DNA from: an uncultured Chloroflexia bacterium
GTDB taxonomy: Bacteria; Chloroflexota; Anaerolineae; CG2-30-64-16
Assembly: GCA_963774265.1 (NCBI GenBank)
Contig: CAVZDU010000003.1
Location: 32,001-96,000 of the forward strand
Reading direction: 5' to 3'
Length of the DNA: 64,000 nucleotides
A program made the translations under genes and the position numbers. The notes below the pieces were generated by a model that had not been told where the DNA came from, did not search any database, and saw only the letters and a list, made by a program, of their open reading frames with translations. Positions 54,260 to 64,000 of this stretch are shown one piece after another (positions within the stretch are counted from its first letter, which is position 1; each line of letters begins with the position of its first letter).

Positions 54260-56208
54260 GGCACAACCTGAATGCGGGTCACCTCACTCCCAGTCGCGTC
54301 GACGATATGTACTGCACAGGCCATGCACGGGTCGAAGGAGTGGACTGTGCGCAGAATCTCGACCGGTTGCTCCGGATTGTGCACGGGCGTGCCGATGAGC
54401 GACTGCTCCCAGGGTCCTCGCTGCCCGGCTGAATCGCGCGGTGAGCCGTTCCATACCGTCGCTACCACCGCCTGGTAGTTTTCGATCGCGCCGTTCTTGA
54501 TCCGTATCCAGTGGCCCAGCGCACCGCGAGGGGCTTCAGTTGCGCCCCAACCTGTGGCCTCTGTGGGCCAGGTGGACGGTAGCCACTTGCTGTTGTTGTG
54601 GATCGCAAGGTTGCCGGTATTCATGTTGGTTTCGAGTTGGCTGATCCACGACGAGAGCTGTTCGGCCAGAACGACCGTCTCCACGCCACGCGCGGCGACG
54701 CGACCGATCGTGGAAAACAGGCTTGGGGCGGGCAGCCCCAGCTTGGACAGCAATCCGTCAACGAGGTCGCGCACACGCCCATGCCCTGCCGCGTAGGCGA
54801 CAGCCATGCGCGCCAGCGGTCCGACTTCCATGGGCATCTCGTTGTAACGCGGCGCCTTCAGCCACGAATACTTCCCTTCGATGTCAAGGTAGTCGTAGTC
54901 CTGCTGCGGGCCGGTGTAGTTCGGCTGGGTTTGGCCCTGCGATGGGTGGAGGCCGACACCGTCACCCCCCGCATAACTGTACCACGAGCGGGTCACGTAC
55001 TCCTTGATCTGGTTCTGATCTAGCGGCTGCGGCGGAGCGGCTAGGTTGTTGCCCGTGACAATGCCGCGCGGCAGGTAAAACGAACCTACGCTGCCTGAAG
55101 CATCCTGCGGAAAGTCGCCGAACGACAGGTAGTTGCCCGCGGTCCCGCCCAGGCTTGCCCACTCCGGGTACAACGAGGCGATGAGTTGCAGATCGGGGTA
55201 GTAGACACGCGATACGAAGTCCAGTGCATAGGCCGCGTGGCTTTTGAGCTGGCTGATGCGGACGGCGTTGATGGCCGCGTCGCTGCTTGGGTCCACTGGG
55301 ATCGCCATCCCGCCCACCAGGTAGGTTTGTGGATGGGGGTTCTTGCCGCCCAGGATGGCGTGGGTCTTGATGACCTCACGCTGCCAGTCTAGGGCTTCGA
55401 GGTAGTGCGCCACAGCCAGCAGGTTGCCTTCCGGAGGCAGCTTGTACGCGGGATGTCCCCAGTAGGCGTTCGAAAAGATGCCGAGCTGGCCGCTATCGAC
55501 GAATGACCGCAACCGGGCCTGCACGGAAGCGAAGTAATCGTGGCTGTTGTTATGCCAATCGGAGATGGATCGCTGCAGGTTGCTGGTGGCTGCCGGGTCA
55601 GCCGAGAGCGCACTGACCACGTCCACCCAATCGAGCGCATGCAGGTGGTAGAAGTGGATCACGTGATCCTGGACGAACTGCATGCCTTCCAGAAGGTTGC
55701 GGATGATACGGGCGTTATCAGGTACAGTGATGCCTAAGGCATCTTCAACTGCTCGCACGGAGCAGATAGCATGCACCGTCGTTCAGACGCCGCAGATGCG
55801 CTGGGTGAAGGCCCAGGCATCGCGAGGATCCCTCCCTTTCATCACCAGTTCCATACCGCGAAAACTGGTCCCCGAGCTCCAGGCGTCAGTCACCTGGCCG
55901 CCCTGCACCTGCACCTCGATGCGCAGGTGACCCTCGATGCGCGTGATGGGATCGATCACCAGCCGCTGGGCGCTGCTTGGAGTTGGCGATGGTGTCGGGC
56001 TGGCCGTCGCGATTGGCGCCGCGGCAGTTGCGCTCGGTGTCCCTGTCGGAGTAACCGTGGCCGGGGTTGCCGTGGCTCCGGGTTGCGGTGTGCTGGTCTT
56101 GGTCGGCGTGCTTGTTCGCGTTGGAGTCTGAGTCGGCCTGCGCTGCGCTGCATCATCATCACTGGAGTCTCCATCACCGGAGACCAATGGCATATATATC
56201 TTAGGCAT
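54256..56208 (-). CDS. [NiFe]-hydrogenase large subunit, 650 aa if the in-frame TGA (55783-55785) is decoded; candidate selenoprotein
   Basis: [19 protein letters not shown][TGA][43 protein letters not shown] plus cleavable tail; the two track ORFs share one frame. Confidence 0.9.
55739..55774 (-). promoter_or_regulatory. Putative bacterial SECIS element
   Basis: CUGCUC-CGUGC-GAGCAG stem-loop at +18..+34 after UGA, with GCAU/AUGC lower stem. Confidence 0.6.
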
Positions 56209-56224
56209 TATGATACTCCTGTCC

Positions 56225-57181
56225 TTAGTCGTCTGAGGATCCGCTGTACAGAGGGGTTAGCTTGTCCCAGAAGCGCGAGGTCGCGCAGCCGATGCAGCCA
56301 TGACCGGCGGCGATGGGCCAGCTCGTCGCGTCGTTCCATTGAACTGAAGGGCAGTTGTGCTTCGTCTCGGGTCCTTTACAGCCCATCTTTTTCAGACACC
56401 ACCCGTTGCGATGGCCCTCATCGCCCCACGCGAGCACGAAGCGCCCCTCTCCATAGTGTTCCTTGCGCTCGCATTTTTCGTGGATCTCTTTGTCATAAGC
56501 GAACTTGGGCCGGCCCTCGCCATCTGTCTCGGGCCAGCTGCCATACGTCAGATACTGCACCAGGATGGAGCTCAGATTGACGACGTTAATGGGGCAGCCC
56601 GGCATGTTGATGAGGTTGCGTACATCGGGGAACGCGCCTTTGACACCGGTGGCCGCGGTTGGGTTAGGGGTGGCCGCCGGCCAGCCGCCCTCCCACGCAC
56701 ACGCGCCGACGGCGATGGTCTTCATGGCAGAACCGCACACTCGCTGCACGATACTTCGGGCAGAGCGGCCGCCAATGGCACAGTAGAAGCCGTTGAGGGC
56801 AGTCGGGATGGCGCCCTCGATGACGGCGACATAGCCTCCCGGATACTTGGTCAGTGTATCCTGCAGCGACCTCTCGGCTAGGTGCCCAGCGGACGCCATG
56901 ATGGTCTCGTGGTAGTCCAACGAGACCAGGTCGAGCAGGATGTTTGTGACGGTTGGATCGCCCGCGCGTAGGAAGGATTCCGTATCGCCGGTGCAGTCCT
57001 GCAGTGCCAGCCACACCATGGGCAACCGCGGTGCCGCAGCCAGTGCGCGCGAGATGCGCGCTGTCTCCGTGGCAGCCACGCCGAGCGTCGCCGCCATGAA
57101 TGAGCAGAATTTTAGGAAGTCACGGCGCGTCACGCCGCGTTGTTCAAGTCGCTCAACTCGACTGAGTTTGAGGCTCGACAT
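56225..57181 (-). CDS. [NiFe]-hydrogenase small subunit, Tat-exported
   Basis: TRRDFLK Tat motif, [29 protein letters not shown]...CIGC; no C-terminal TM. Confidence 0.93.
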   Translation of the reverse strand: MSSLKLSRVERLEQRGVTRRDFLKFCSFMAATLGVAATETARISRALAAAPRLPMVWLALQDCTGDTESFLRAGDPTVTNILLDLVSLDYHETIMASAGHLAERSLQDTLTKYPGGYVAVIEGAIPTALNGFYCAIGGRSARSIVQRVCGSAMKTIAVGACAWEGGWPAATPNPTAATGVKGAFPDVRNLINMPGCPINVVNLSSILVQYLTYGSWPETDGEGRPKFAYDKEIHEKCERKEHYGEGRFVLAWGDEGHRNGWCLKKMGCKGPETKHNCPSVQWNDATSWPIAAGHGCIGCATSRFWDKLTPLYSGSSDD

Positions 57182-57403
57182 GGAGCACCTCCAGTGGAGA
57201 GTGATACGTATGGCGAGCAGGGAGGATTAGCCCGCCATCTTTGCCCACGAAATGATGAACGGGTGAAAGTGCGAAAAGTTACGGAATGAAATTTGAGCGG
57301 TGCTTATTGCGCGGTCTGTTAGCTTACCGATGATGGCGAATGCCACCGGCTACGCCAGCAGTTCGCCTTTTGGAAAGGAACGCTGGGACGGTATAATTGG
57401 AGG

Positions 57404-57799
57404 ATGCATGAGTTACCGATCACCGAAGGCATTCTCAAGATCGCGTCGGAGGCGGCGGGGGGACGGCCGATCATGGCCATCCATCTCGTCATCGGCGATC
57501 TGGCTAGCATCGTGGATGATTCGGTGCAGTTCTACTTCGATATTCTCAGCAAGGGCACGTCGGCGGAGGGCGCGGTGCTGGACTTCCTGCGCATTCCGGC
57601 CAGCGTGAGATGCTGGGATTGTGGCCGGCAATTTGAGGCCCGCGCACCGTTGCCTTCCACGTGCCCGCACTGCGGAGGAACAAAGCTCCAAGTGACGGGC
57701 GGCCGCGAGTTGCGAGTGGATAGTATTGAGGTTAGTGATGATGGCGGAGATCCCGATCCAGAAGCGCATCCTGAGCGCGAACGACGAGGTGGCGGCTGA
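57404..57799 (+). CDS. hypA: Hydrogenase Ni metallochaperone HypA
   Basis: MHE N-terminus, CWDC/CPHC, GRELRVDSIEV. Confidence 0.92.
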   Translation: MHELPITEGILKIASEAAGGRPIMAIHLVIGDLASIVDDSVQFYFDILSKGTSAEGAVLDFLRIPASVRCWDCGRQFEARAPLPSTCPHCGGTKLQVTGGRELRVDSIEVSDDGGDPDPEAHPERERRGGG

Positions 57800-58385
57800 G
57801 AACCGCAGTGCCTTTGCCGCACACAGCATCCTGGCGATCAACATCATGGCATCGCCGGGTGCGGGCAAGACCAGCGTTATCCTCGCGACCGCGGAACGGC
57901 TCCCGGTCGCGGTCCGCCTCGCGGTGATCGAGGGCGATCTGGCCTCCAGCATCGACACAGAGAAGGTCCTCGCGGCCGGCATTCCCGCCGTACAGATCAA
58001 CACGGGCGGCAACTGCCACCTGGACGCGCCGATGATCCACTCGGCACTGCCCCAACTCCCGCTCGACAGGGTTGATCTGCTCTTTATCGAGAACGTGGGC
58101 AACCTGGTTTGCCCGGCTGAGTTCGACCTTGGTGCCGGACGTGCGGTCGTCGTTGCCAGCGTCCCCGAGGGCCACGACAAGCCCTACAAGTATCCCGGCA
58201 TGTTCGCCGCGGCAGACGCCGTGGTGCTCAACAAGTTCGACCTGGCCGTTTACTTCGATTTCGATCTGGAGTACTTCCGTCGTGGCGTGGCGATGATTAA
58301 TCCCGATGCGCCGGTGCTAGTTGTCTCATGCCGGACGGGGGAGGGGCTGGACGCGTGGGTGGGTTGGCTTACGAACGGATTATAG
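57741..58385 (+). CDS. hypB: Hydrogenase Ni-incorporation GTPase HypB
   Basis: SPGAGKTS, NTGGNCHLDA, ENVGNLVCPA. Confidence 0.94.
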   Translation: MAEIPIQKRILSANDEVAAENRSAFAAHSILAINIMASPGAGKTSVILATAERLPVAVRLAVIEGDLASSIDTEKVLAAGIPAVQINTGGNCHLDAPMIHSALPQLPLDRVDLLFIENVGNLVCPAEFDLGAGRAVVVASVPEGHDKPYKYPGMFAAADAVVLNKFDLAVYFDFDLEYFRRGVAMINPDAPVLVVSCRTGEGLDAWVGWLTNGL

Positions 58386-58386
58386 G

Positions 58387-60774
58387 TTGAAGATTGAAAA
58401 TTCCCGACTACGCGTCGAAATTCATGGCGCGGTGCAGGGGGTTGGTTTCCGGCCGTTCGTGTACCGTCTGGCGACGGAATTGGCGTTGACTGGGTGGGTG
58501 ATCAACGACACGCGCGGGGTGTTCATCGAAGTCGAAGGGTCCCTCGAGATTGCCGAACGGTTCCTGGCGCGGCTGGTCGACGAGGTCCCGCCGCGGGCCA
58601 TCGTTCAGTCGCTTGACCACGCGTGGTTACCTGTGGCGGGGTACGACCACTTTGAGATCCGGCACAGCGACGACCAAGGTGCAAAGACAGCCCCGATCCT
58701 GCCCGACATCGCCACTTGCCCCGACTGCCTTAGCGAGGTCCTAAACCCCACGGGCCGCCGCCATGCCTACGTGTTCACCAACTGCACCAACTGTGGCCCG
58801 CGCTTCACGATCATCCAGGCGCTTCCCTATGACCGGCCCAATACGACGATGCGACGCTTTGTGATGTGTCCACAGTGTCAGGCTGAGTATGAGGACCCGC
58901 TCGACCGGCGATTCCACGCTCAGCCGAACGCGTGCCCGGCGTGTGGTCCACGGCTCGCGTGGTGGGGAGCAGGACGAGCGCACGACAGTGGATTGCATAA
59001 CCACAAAGATACCCAGGGGCACAAAGGCACACAAAAACGCGATGGGGTTGACGACAAGGAGATGTATGGGGCGCGAGCGTTGGCGGCAGCGGTGGCCGCG
59101 CTGCGGGCCGGTCGGATCGTCGCGGTGAAGGGCCTGGGCGGGTTCCACCTGATGGCTGACGCGCGCGATGATGGGGCAGTGACCCTCTTGCGTGAGCGGA
59201 AGCCGCGGCGCGACAGGCCGTTCGCGATCATGGCGCCCGACCTCGCCTGGGTCAGGGTGCACTGCGAAGTCACCCCCGAAGCGGAGGCCGCGTTGACATC
59301 CGCGGAGTCGCCCATCGTCCTGTTGGGTAAGCGCGGTGACGGTGGTGTGGCCGAGGATGTCGCGCCCGATAATCCGATCCTGGGCGTGATGCTGCCGTAC
59401 ACGCCGCTGCACCACCTGCTGATGGCTGAGCTGGGCTTCCCCATGATTGCGACTAGCGGCAACGTCGCGGATGAGCCGATCTGCACGGACGAGGTCGAGG
59501 CCGCCCAGCGCCTGGGCCACATCACCGACCTTTTCCTGGTCCACGACCGGCCCATCGAGCGCCACGTCGATGATAGTGTCGCCTGGGTGGTGCGGGGCGT
59601 CCCGAGGCTGCTGCGTCGAGCGCGCGGTTATGCGCCCCTGCCCCTGCTGCTTAAGGAGGAGGTCCCACCCATCCTGGCGGTCGGTCCACACCTGAAGAAC
59701 ACGGTAAGTCTCAGCGTGGGGAAACAGGTCTTTATCAGCCAGCACATCGGCGACCTGGAGACGCCCGAAGCCATGGTCGCGTTCGAGCGCGTCATCGCCG
59801 ACTTCCTGCGCTTGTACGAGGCGACGCCCGCAGCCATCGCCCACGACCTGCACCCCGATTATGCGTCCACACAGTGGGCGCGCGAGCAGGAGAGGCGCCT
59901 GATCCCGGTTCAGCATCACCACGCGCACCTGGCCGCGTGCCTGGCCGAAAACCAGGTCGACTGCCCGGCGTTGGGTGTCACGTGGGATGGCACGGGCTAC
60001 GGCACGGACGGGACGATCTGGGGCGGGGAGTTCCTGCTGGGAGATGCGAGCGGCTACGAGCGGGTCGCACATCTGCGGCCGTTCCGCTTGCCGGGAGGCG
60101 ACGCAGCGGTGCACGAACCCCGGCGCGTGGCACTGGCACTGCTGTTCGAGTTATACGGCGACAGCGCGTTCGAGATGGATCTGGCGCCGGTGGCCGCGTT
60201 CAGCGAGGCGAAGAGGGGCCTGTTGGGCCAGATGCTCGGCCGCGGTGTGAATGCGCCCGTCACCACCAGTATGGGCCGGCTCTTTGACGGGGTGGCCAGC
60301 CTGGCGGGGCTGCATCAGACTGTCAGCTTCGAAGGGCAGGCTGCGATGCGGCTCGAATTCGTCGCGGACGTCACCGAACGGGGTGTGTATCCGTTAACGC
60401 GAAATGTACAGACGTTGCCCGGCGTAGAGACGTTGCATGCAACGTCTCTACGTGATGGTGCGCACGTGCTCGACTGGGGACCCCTGGTCGAGAGGGTGGT
60501 CGAAGACGCACGTGCCGGTGTTCCTGCCAGCACCATTGCCGCCCGCTTCCACAATGGCCTGGTTCATGCCATCGTAGATGTCGCACGTGCAGCCGACCAA
60601 CCGCGCGTCGCACTGACCGGCGGCTGCTTCCAGAACCGTTTGCTGACCGAGCGTGCGGCGGATGCGCTCGAAGCGGCGGGATTCGAAGTGCTGCTCCATC
60701 GACAGATTCCACCCAACGACGGCTGTGTCAGCCTGGGGCAGGTGGCAGTGGCCGCAACCCAAATGAGAGGTTAG
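58387..60774 (+). CDS. hypF: Carbamoyltransferase HypF
   Basis: VQGVGFRPFVY, two zinc fingers, RRFHAQP, QHHHAH, PPNDG; TTG start inferred. Confidence 0.94.
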   Translation: MKIENSRLRVEIHGAVQGVGFRPFVYRLATELALTGWVINDTRGVFIEVEGSLEIAERFLARLVDEVPPRAIVQSLDHAWLPVAGYDHFEIRHSDDQGAKTAPILPDIATCPDCLSEVLNPTGRRHAYVFTNCTNCGPRFTIIQALPYDRPNTTMRRFVMCPQCQAEYEDPLDRRFHAQPNACPACGPRLAWWGAGRAHDSGLHNHKDTQGHKGTQKRDGVDDKEMYGARALAAAVAALRAGRIVAVKGLGGFHLMADARDDGAVTLLRERKPRRDRPFAIMAPDLAWVRVHCEVTPEAEAALTSAESPIVLLGKRGDGGVAEDVAPDNPILGVMLPYTPLHHLLMAELGFPMIATSGNVADEPICTDEVEAAQRLGHITDLFLVHDRPIERHVDDSVAWVVRGVPRLLRRARGYAPLPLLLKEEVPPILAVGPHLKNTVSLSVGKQVFISQHIGDLETPEAMVAFERVIADFLRLYEATPAAIAHDLHPDYASTQWAREQERRLIPVQHHHAHLAACLAENQVDCPALGVTWDGTGYGTDGTIWGGEFLLGDASGYERVAHLRPFRLPGGDAAVHEPRRVALALLFELYGDSAFEMDLAPVAAFSEAKRGLLGQMLGRGVNAPVTTSMGRLFDGVASLAGLHQTVSFEGQAAMRLEFVADVTERGVYPLTRNVQTLPGVETLHATSLRDGAHVLDWGPLVERVVEDARAGVPASTIAARFHNGLVHAIVDVARAADQPRVALTGGCFQNRLLTERAADALEAAGFEVLLHRQIPPNDGCVSLGQVAVAATQMRG
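60424..60451. repeat. GTAG-type REP-like perfect palindrome inside hypF
   Basis: GTAGAGACGTTGCATGCAACGTCTCTAC, 28-bp perfect palindrome. Confidence 0.8.
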
Positions 60775-60777
60775 TCT

Positions 60778-61035
60778 ATGTGTCTGGGAGTCCCCGGCAG
60801 AATCCTGAGCATCGAGCCGAACCCGTTCGGAATGACGATGGGCAAGGTGAGTTTTGGCGGCGTGGCGAAAGAAGTGTGCCTGGCCTATACGCCCGAGGTG
60901 GAGGTCGGCGACTATGTCATCGTCCACGCCGGCTTCGCGCTCAACAAGCTAAACGAGCAGGAGGCCGAGGACGTGTTCGCACTGTTGGCTGAGATGAGCG
61001 AGGTCGATGAGCTGACACAGGGCGACGGTCTTTAG
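60778..61035 (+). CDS. hypC: HypC chaperone
   Basis: [19 protein letters not shown]. Confidence 0.95.
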   Translation: MCLGVPGRILSIEPNPFGMTMGKVSFGGVAKEVCLAYTPEVEVGDYVIVHAGFALNKLNEQEAEDVFALLAEMSEVDELTQGDGL

Positions 61036-61049
61036 ACGCAGAGGTAACT

Positions 61050-62162
61050 ATGCGCTTTGTGGATGAGTACCGGAGGGAGGAGGACGCGCAGATCCTGCTG
61101 CGCGCTATCGAGCGTAAGGTCACGAAGCAGTGGACAAGCGCAGCAGTCCGGTGGACGATCATGGAGATCTGCGGCGGACAGACGCACACGCTGATCAAAT
61201 CGGGCATCGACAGGATGTTGCCCGACGCCATCACACTTGTGCATGGCCCCGGCTGCCCCATATGCGTCACGCCATTGGAGATGATTGACCGGGCGCTGGC
61301 CATCGCGCGACAGCCCGGGGTCATCTTCACCTCGTTCGGTGATATGCTGCGGGTGCCTGGCTCGACGACCGATCTGCTCAGCGTGAAAGCACAGGGCGGC
61401 GACGTGCGGATGGTCTACTCGCCACTCGACGCGGTCAGGCTGGCACTGAGGCACCCCGACCGGCAGGTCGTCTTTTTCGCAGTAGGCTTCGAGACCACGG
61501 CGCCGGGCAACGCGATGGCGGTGCACGCGGCACGCCAGCTCGGGCTGACCAATTTCTCCGCCCTTGTCTCGCATGTCCTGGTGCCCCCTGCGATGGAGGC
61601 CATCCTGGGTGCACCGGGCAATCAGGTGCAGGCATTTTTGGCTGCAGGTCATGTGTGCACGGTCATGGGCTATTGGGAGTACGAGCCTATCGCGGCAACC
61701 TACGGTGTTCCCATCGTTGTCACCGGATTTGAGCCGCTTGACCTGCTGCAGGGCATCTACATGGCGGTGGACGCGCTCGAAGCCGGCCGCAGCAGCGTGG
61801 AGAATCAATACAGCCGGCTGGTGACGCGCGAGGGCAACCTGCCTGCGCAGCGCATCCTGGCTGAGGTATTCGAGACCACCGACCGGCAGTGGCGCGGCAT
61901 CGGGCTTATCCCCCTGAGCGGTTATCGCCTGCGCCCTGAGTATGCCGAGTTCGACGCGGAGCAGCGCTTTGGCGTCGGTGAGATCCGCGCCGCAGAATCC
62001 TCCATCTGCATCGCCGGTGCGATCCTTCGCGGTCACAAGAAGCCGCACGACTGTCCCGCGTTCGGGACGGCCTGCACGCCCGAACACCCGTTGGGCGCGC
62101 CCATGGTTTCGAGCGAAGGCGCGTGCGCCGCCTATTACACTTACAGATTGGCTCAGCCGTGA
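61050..62162 (+). CDS. hypD: HypD
   Basis: [38 protein letters not shown]. Confidence 0.95.
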   Translation: MRFVDEYRREEDAQILLRAIERKVTKQWTSAAVRWTIMEICGGQTHTLIKSGIDRMLPDAITLVHGPGCPICVTPLEMIDRALAIARQPGVIFTSFGDMLRVPGSTTDLLSVKAQGGDVRMVYSPLDAVRLALRHPDRQVVFFAVGFETTAPGNAMAVHAARQLGLTNFSALVSHVLVPPAMEAILGAPGNQVQAFLAAGHVCTVMGYWEYEPIAATYGVPIVVTGFEPLDLLQGIYMAVDALEAGRSSVENQYSRLVTREGNLPAQRILAEVFETTDRQWRGIGLIPLSGYRLRPEYAEFDAEQRFGVGEIRAAESSICIAGAILRGHKKPHDCPAFGTACTPEHPLGAPMVSSEGACAAYYTYRLAQP

Positions 62163-63253
62163 AAGAGTCTCAACTGGGCGACCACATCGAGCCGCCCTCA
62201 CAGTCCGCAGCCTTCAACCTGACCTGCCCCATCCCCATCAGCGAATACCCCACCGTCACACTTGCGCACGGTGGCGGCGGACGTCTGACACAGATGCTCA
62301 TCGAGCGAATGTTCCTGCCCGCGCTCCGGAATGACCAGTTGGAGGTCATGCACGACGGCGCGATTCTCAAGGTGGACGCATCGCGCCTGGCGTTCAGCAC
62401 CGATTCGTTCGTGATCAGCCCTCGCTTTTTCCCGGGCGGCGACATCGGTTCGCTGGCGGTCCACGGCACGGTCAACGATCTGGCGATGTGCGGCGCGCAG
62501 CCGTTGGTGCTCTCGGCGGCGTTTATCCTCGAAGAGGGGCTGCCGATGGGCGAGTTGTGGCGGATCATCACCTCGCTGGCTGAGGCAGCGAGAGCAGTGG
62601 GCGTACCTGTGGCGACGGGAGACACGAAGGTGGTGGACCGCGGCAAGGGCGATGGGATCTACATCAACACGACAGGAATTGGGGTCATCCCTGACGGCGT
62701 GCATATTTCACCCTTGCGCGCAGCGCCGGGGGATGTGGTCATCGTCAGCGGTCGCATCGCGGAGCATGGCATGGCGATCATGTCGGTGCGCGAGGGGCTG
62801 GCATTTGAGACGGAGTTAGTCAGCGACTCCGCGCCCCTCAACATGCTCGTTGCGGAGGTGCTCAACGCGGGAGGCGAGCACGTCCATGTCTTGCGAGATC
62901 CGACGCGCGGCGGGGTTTCCAGCGCGCTAAACGAGATCGCACAATCGGCAAGGGTGGGCATCCGCCTGCAAGAAACGTGCATCCCCCTGGGGGACGCGGT
63001 GCGCGGCGCCTGTGAGATCCTGGGACTCGATCCGCTCTACGTGGCGAACGAGGGTAAGGCGATCGTGATCGTCGGGCGGCCTGCAGCCGAGTCCGTTCTC
63101 GCCGCGATGCGGACGCATCCCCTGGGCCGGGATGCTGTCGTCATCGGCGAGGTGGTGGCGGACCATCCGAGGCGGGTGGTGATGCGCTCGCGGATCGGGG
63201 GTCAGCGGATCGTGGAGATGCTGAGCGGGGAGCAGTTACCGCGGATTTGCTGA
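62159..63253 (+). CDS. hypE: HypE
   Basis: [23 protein letters not shown]-terminal LPRIC. Confidence 0.95.
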   Translation: MKESQLGDHIEPPSQSAAFNLTCPIPISEYPTVTLAHGGGGRLTQMLIERMFLPALRNDQLEVMHDGAILKVDASRLAFSTDSFVISPRFFPGGDIGSLAVHGTVNDLAMCGAQPLVLSAAFILEEGLPMGELWRIITSLAEAARAVGVPVATGDTKVVDRGKGDGIYINTTGIGVIPDGVHISPLRAAPGDVVIVSGRIAEHGMAIMSVREGLAFETELVSDSAPLNMLVAEVLNAGGEHVHVLRDPTRGGVSSALNEIAQSARVGIRLQETCIPLGDAVRGACEILGLDPLYVANEGKAIVIVGRPAAESVLAAMRTHPLGRDAVVIGEVVADHPRRVVMRSRIGGQRIVEMLSGEQLPRIC

Positions 63254-63325
63254 GCGCGAGCCGCGATCCTTTTTTCTCGTATTGGGATTCCCTGATTCGC
63301 CTGTGGAGTACTTCCTCTGGGCGAG

Positions 63326-63356
63326 GCACCTGAGCTGCGCTCCGCAGCGCAGGTGC
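63326..63356. terminator. Hairpin between the convergent hypE and cytochrome genes
   Basis: GCACCTGAGCTGCG-CTC-CGCAGCGCAGGTGC, one mismatch. Confidence 0.5.
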
Positions 63357-63375
63357 GCGTCGCCCTCAGACATCG

Positions 63376-64000
63376 CTACTTGCTCGCGTTCTGATACCCG
63401 AACGAGCGCACGAACTCGACCGCAGCCCAACGATCTTCCGCGCTCAGGCGGTCCTGGTGGGCCGGCATGATGCCCTTACCCGCGCTCACCGACTGGTAGT
63501 ATTGCTGCGCCGGATGCAGCGCGATGAAGTCCGCCGTGAACTTCGCCGCCTGCGGAATGGCGCCCTGACCGTTCGCGCCGTGGCAGTTCACACACCCGGC
63601 GGTCTCATACACTGTCTTTCCCTGGGTGAGCTGGCTGGCCGGCACCGCAAAACTCCACAAGAAGTATGTGGTGTTCCAGCGCTTATCGTCCGATAGCTCG
63701 TCCTTGAACGCCGGCATCTTCCCCTTGCCATTTGTCACCACCGCGAAGAAGTCGACCGGCGCGGCGGCCCGCAGGTAGTCCACATCTGTGAAATCGCGCG
63801 AACCTTCCACCTTGCCTTTGCCGTCTTCTCCGTGGCAGCCGGCGCATTTCTCAGCGAAAATGGCCTGACCATCCGCTGCAACAGGGGCCGTCTTAGGCAG
63901 GACTACCCCAGGCTGAGGCGTGTTCTGGGCGCCCGGGGCGGGCATCGTGGCCGGGATCAACGTCGGGATCGGCGTGGGCGCGTTGGGCAGCGGCGCTGGG
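63376..64000 (-). CDS. Diheme c-type cytochrome (5' end outside the window)
   Basis: CAGCH and CVNCH motifs, each followed by an MPA Met ligand. Confidence 0.85.
   Translation of the reverse strand, partial: PAPLPNAPTPIPTLIPATMPAPGAQNTPQPGVVLPKTAPVAADGQAIFAEKCAGCHGEDGKGKVEGSRDFTDVDYLRAAAPVDFFAVVTNGKGKMPAFKDELSDDKRWNTTYFLWSFAVPASQLTQGKTVYETAGCVNCHGANGQGAIPQAAKFTADFIALHPAQQYYQSVSAGKGIMPAHQDRLSAEDRWAAVEFVRSFGYQNASK

Overview
GC-rich bacterial window, probably Chloroflexota (Anaerolineae/Caldilineae-like; inferred from YLPxV-type motifs, a PxAI-type C-terminal sorting tail and gene content). Many genes between about 1 and 53 kb are split by single-base frameshifts, most likely long-read consensus errors. 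Left arm: 5' end of glgC, feoABC, a LysM/M23 peptidase, cydAB and a cytochrome c. Middle (about 7-53.6 kb): a fully minus-strand block of general-stress-type genes (CsbD x2, GlsB/YeaQ/YmgE x4, YtxH, PRC-barrel, LEA-like, FtsH, lipid kinases and phosphatases, Mg transporters, a GH130/sugar-ABC operon, an ice-binding protein). Seven of its transcription units carry the same ~100-bp upstream element, and a GAF-kinase/NarL-type two-component system sits at its head. Right arm: a Tat-exported group-1-like [NiFe]-hydrogenase, divergent hypABFCDE and a diheme cytochrome c. Top observation: the hydrogenase large subunit has an in-frame TGA exactly at the second Cys of the N-terminal RxCGxC motif, followed by a bacterial SECIS-like hairpin, while the C-terminal DPCxxC motif keeps both Cys. 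This is a candidate selenoprotein hydrogenase with Sec at a non-canonical, Ni-Fe bridging position. It also has an unusual N-terminal YMPLV plus Pro/Thr extension. An unannotated RiPP-precursor-like peptide gene was also found. No database searches were run; all calls come from motif recognition.
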